A stretch of 64,000 nucleotides of DNA from Promethearchaeota archaeon (GTDB lineage Archaea > Asgardarchaeota > Lokiarchaeia > Sigyniarchaeales > SOKP01). This document shows, in pieces, positions 62,349 to 64,000 of the stretch. The position numbers and the translations under genes are program-made. The stretch is taken from contig JAEOUA010000010.1 of NCBI GenBank assembly GCA_016839555.1, forward strand, positions 384,001-448,000, written 5' to 3'. The notes beneath the pieces were generated by a model. That model made no database searches. It had not been told where the DNA came from and saw nothing but the letters and a program-made list of their open reading frames with translations. How positions within the stretch are numbered: the stretch's first letter is position 1; every line of letters begins with the position of its first letter.

Positions 62349-62864
62349 ATGTCGATAAAGAAAGGAGATGTGATAAAAGTAGCATATACCTTATGGGATG
62401 GAGAAGGGAGATTACTTAGCTCTAGCGATGAGAGAGAAGAAAAACAGATAAAAATCCACATAGGAAGAGGTCAAGTTATACCAGAATTTGAACAAGCTCT
62501 CATTGGCATGGAAAAGGGAGAAGAAAAAGAATTTGTTTTACAACCAAACGAAGCTTACGGAGAATTTAATCCATTATTAGTTGAAAAAATTCCCAGAGAT
62601 AAATTATCAAATAAAGATGATGTGGATATGAAAATAGGAAACAAAGTGGAAGTGATCGCTCCTAATGGAATGTCCTCTATGGGCTGGATAAGATTAATTG
62701 AGGATGATTTTATTATTGTCGATATGAATCCACCTTTAGCGGGAAGGATTCTAAAATTTAAAGTAAGAATAATTGATACTAATTTGGAGCCAGAACCGAC
62801 CATCAATCCTTTTCTTTTTGGCATGAGCTGTGGAGATTCATGCGATCATGACCAAAATCATTAA
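62349..62864 (+). CDS. slyD: FKBP-type peptidyl-prolyl isomerase (SlyD-like)
   Basis: GRGQVIPEFEQALIGM, AYGE and DMNPPLAGRILKF motifs; short Cys/His tail. Confidence 0.85.
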   Translation: MSIKKGDVIKVAYTLWDGEGRLLSSSDEREEKQIKIHIGRGQVIPEFEQALIGMEKGEEKEFVLQPNEAYGEFNPLLVEKIPRDKLSNKDDVDMKIGNKVEVIAPNGMSSMGWIRLIEDDFIIVDMNPPLAGRILKFKVRIIDTNLEPEPTINPFLFGMSCGDSCDHDQNH

Positions 62865-62925
62865 ATTAAAGAAAAAGACTAATTAAATATTAATAAGATT
62901 TATAATATTAAAAATTTCAATTTAT

Positions 62926-63726
62926 TCATTTAAATCCTTGTAAAAACGAATCAACATTCTTACCCAGCACATCATGGTTATATCCGCCTTCCATTAGAGC
63001 AAATCTCCGTCCCTTACATAATTTTTCTGAATATTTCTTCATCAATTCTCCTAAATGAGTGTAGTCCTCCGGATATAATAAACCACCCCAATCATCTATT
63101 CCCTGATCGAATCCCGCTGATGCGGCGAAAATATCAATATCTTTAAGATTATTCATATAAGTTTCTACTTCTTCAATATATTGTTGATTAGTAGAGGCAT
63201 CAGGATTCAATATCTCAACTTTAAACCTATCTTTTCGATTTGCAAGAATGTTAATATTTCCATTTCAAGAGATTATATGAAAGATATAATCTTCCCCTGT
63301 GTGCAAATCGAAATCCAATATGAACGCAGATTTGATCTTATTTTCAGAAAATAGTCTTAAGAGACTGATACTCATATTGTTAAAGAAGCAAAACCCCCAA
63401 CAAGAATTGGCAGAGGCATGGTGTCCTGGAGGTCTTATTAAAGCAAATGTTGGATTTCCTTCATATGCCTCTTCAGCAGCCAAGATGGCACCTCCAGCAG
63501 CTAAAGAAGCCATTTCAAATAAGAGATCTCTTCTTTTTATATAATTATAATGACTTTCTGTATGCGCTCTGAGAATATTTTCTTTTGAAGCGGGTTCTGG
63601 AGTAATTATTTCATATTCGGGGTTTTTAGAGAGTACATTCATTATGCTTTGAATCCTTCCGCTTGATGCGGCAGGGTCCATTGCATAGTCAGAAGTATAA
63701 AATTTTTCATGAAAAACAATTTTCAT
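62926..63726 (-). CDS. Histone deacetylase family protein, two exons (63726-63294 and 63263-62926), 256 aa if spliced
   Basis: Exon 1 has RPPGHHA, GFCFFNN and LDFDLHTG; exon 2 has SAGFD and MEGGY; removing 30 nt restores DFDLHTGDGN. Confidence 0.85.
63264..63293 (-). other. Candidate 30-nt bulge-helix-bulge mRNA intron
   Basis: AAGATTATATCTTTCATATAATCTCTTGAA; central helix CAGG/CTTG, bulges GG^A and AA^A, 9-bp inner stem; contains an in-frame TGA. Confidence 0.75.
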
Positions 63727-63815
63727 CTATAGTCACTAATTTCTTTTATATATGGGTTCTAAAAATATTTTAGGAATTTTCTAATTATTTTTATGGTTAA
63801 TTATAATTTTAAATT

Positions 63816-64000
63816 TTAAAATTTCATGACTTCAATGGGAAAATGTTCCTTTAATTTTTTCAATATCTCATTTATATGGTGTTGGTTTCGAGTTTCAATC
63901 TCTAAAATTACTTCTGCTTGTTTATACTCTAATTCTAATTTTTCTCGTTCATGAATAATTGAAATAATATTTCCTTTTTCTTCCGCAATCACTCTTAAAA
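63816..64000 (-). CDS. 3' end of a threonine ammonia-lyase (C-terminal ACT domain), partial at the window edge
   Basis: LRVIAEEKGNIISIIHEREKLELEYKQAEVILEIETRNQHHINEILKKL matches the NI..I.H.R...LETR...H ACT pattern. Confidence 0.7.
   Translation of the reverse strand, partial: LRVIAEEKGNIISIIHEREKLELEYKQAEVILEIETRNQHHINEILKKLKEHFPIEVMKF

Noticed and set aside
63265-63267. HDAC internal TGA read as selenocysteine
   Set aside because: Read-through would leave 10 extra residues inside the H-x-G-D-G catalytic motif and lose the Asp. The position is not a Cys site and no SECIS is visible downstream. Intron excision explains it exactly.
63266-63292. Alternative BHB register (AGGG/TCTT helix, 28-nt excision)
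   Set aside because: It gives a frameshifted product and a weaker helix with two G.U pairs. The CAGG/CTTG register restores the frame and motif.
945-63544. Many antisense or overlapping ORFs in the track (e.g. 945-1340, 9200-9808, 12394-12918, 27298-27669, 56252-56737, 59771-60283)
   Set aside because: They are shadows of well-supported genes on the opposite strand or frame and have no recognisable motifs.
1-64000. CRISPR arrays, tRNA/rRNA genes, IS elements
   Set aside because: No regularly spaced repeats, tRNA T-loop/acceptor patterns, rRNA-like segments or transposase ORFs were seen by eye.

Overview
AT-rich archaeal chromosome segment (about 30% GC by eye), most likely from an Asgard archaeon of the Lokiarchaeia/Promethearchaeota. 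The evidence is three Rab-like GTPases (one fused to a histone fold), 7TM+longin-like membrane proteins, a GIFT-like protein, C-terminally anchored surface glycoproteins, Orc1/Cdc6, an archaeal RNase P RNA and a eukaryote-type SECIS. It holds about 55 genes: housekeeping (purA, cdc6, xerA, trxB, hppA, rnpB), transport, and a partly decaying carbohydrate-use cluster at about 51.8-62.1 kb. There are three main highlights. (1) An HDAC-family gene (62926-63726, minus) is interrupted in its catalytic H-x-G-D-G motif by a 30-nt stop-containing insert that folds into a canonical bulge-helix-bulge; cutting at the standard sites restores the motif exactly, so this is a candidate tRNA-endonuclease-type mRNA intron. 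(2) An ORF-track-missed peroxiredoxin-like selenoprotein has a UxxU motif and a eukaryote-like 3' SECIS (39591-40118, minus). (3) Two tandem P2-like ATPases carry PINL/PINI in place of PEGL in TM4, resembling the P4 flippase PISL motif. No CRISPR array, tRNA, rRNA or transposase was seen. All family assignments come from motif recognition, not database searches.
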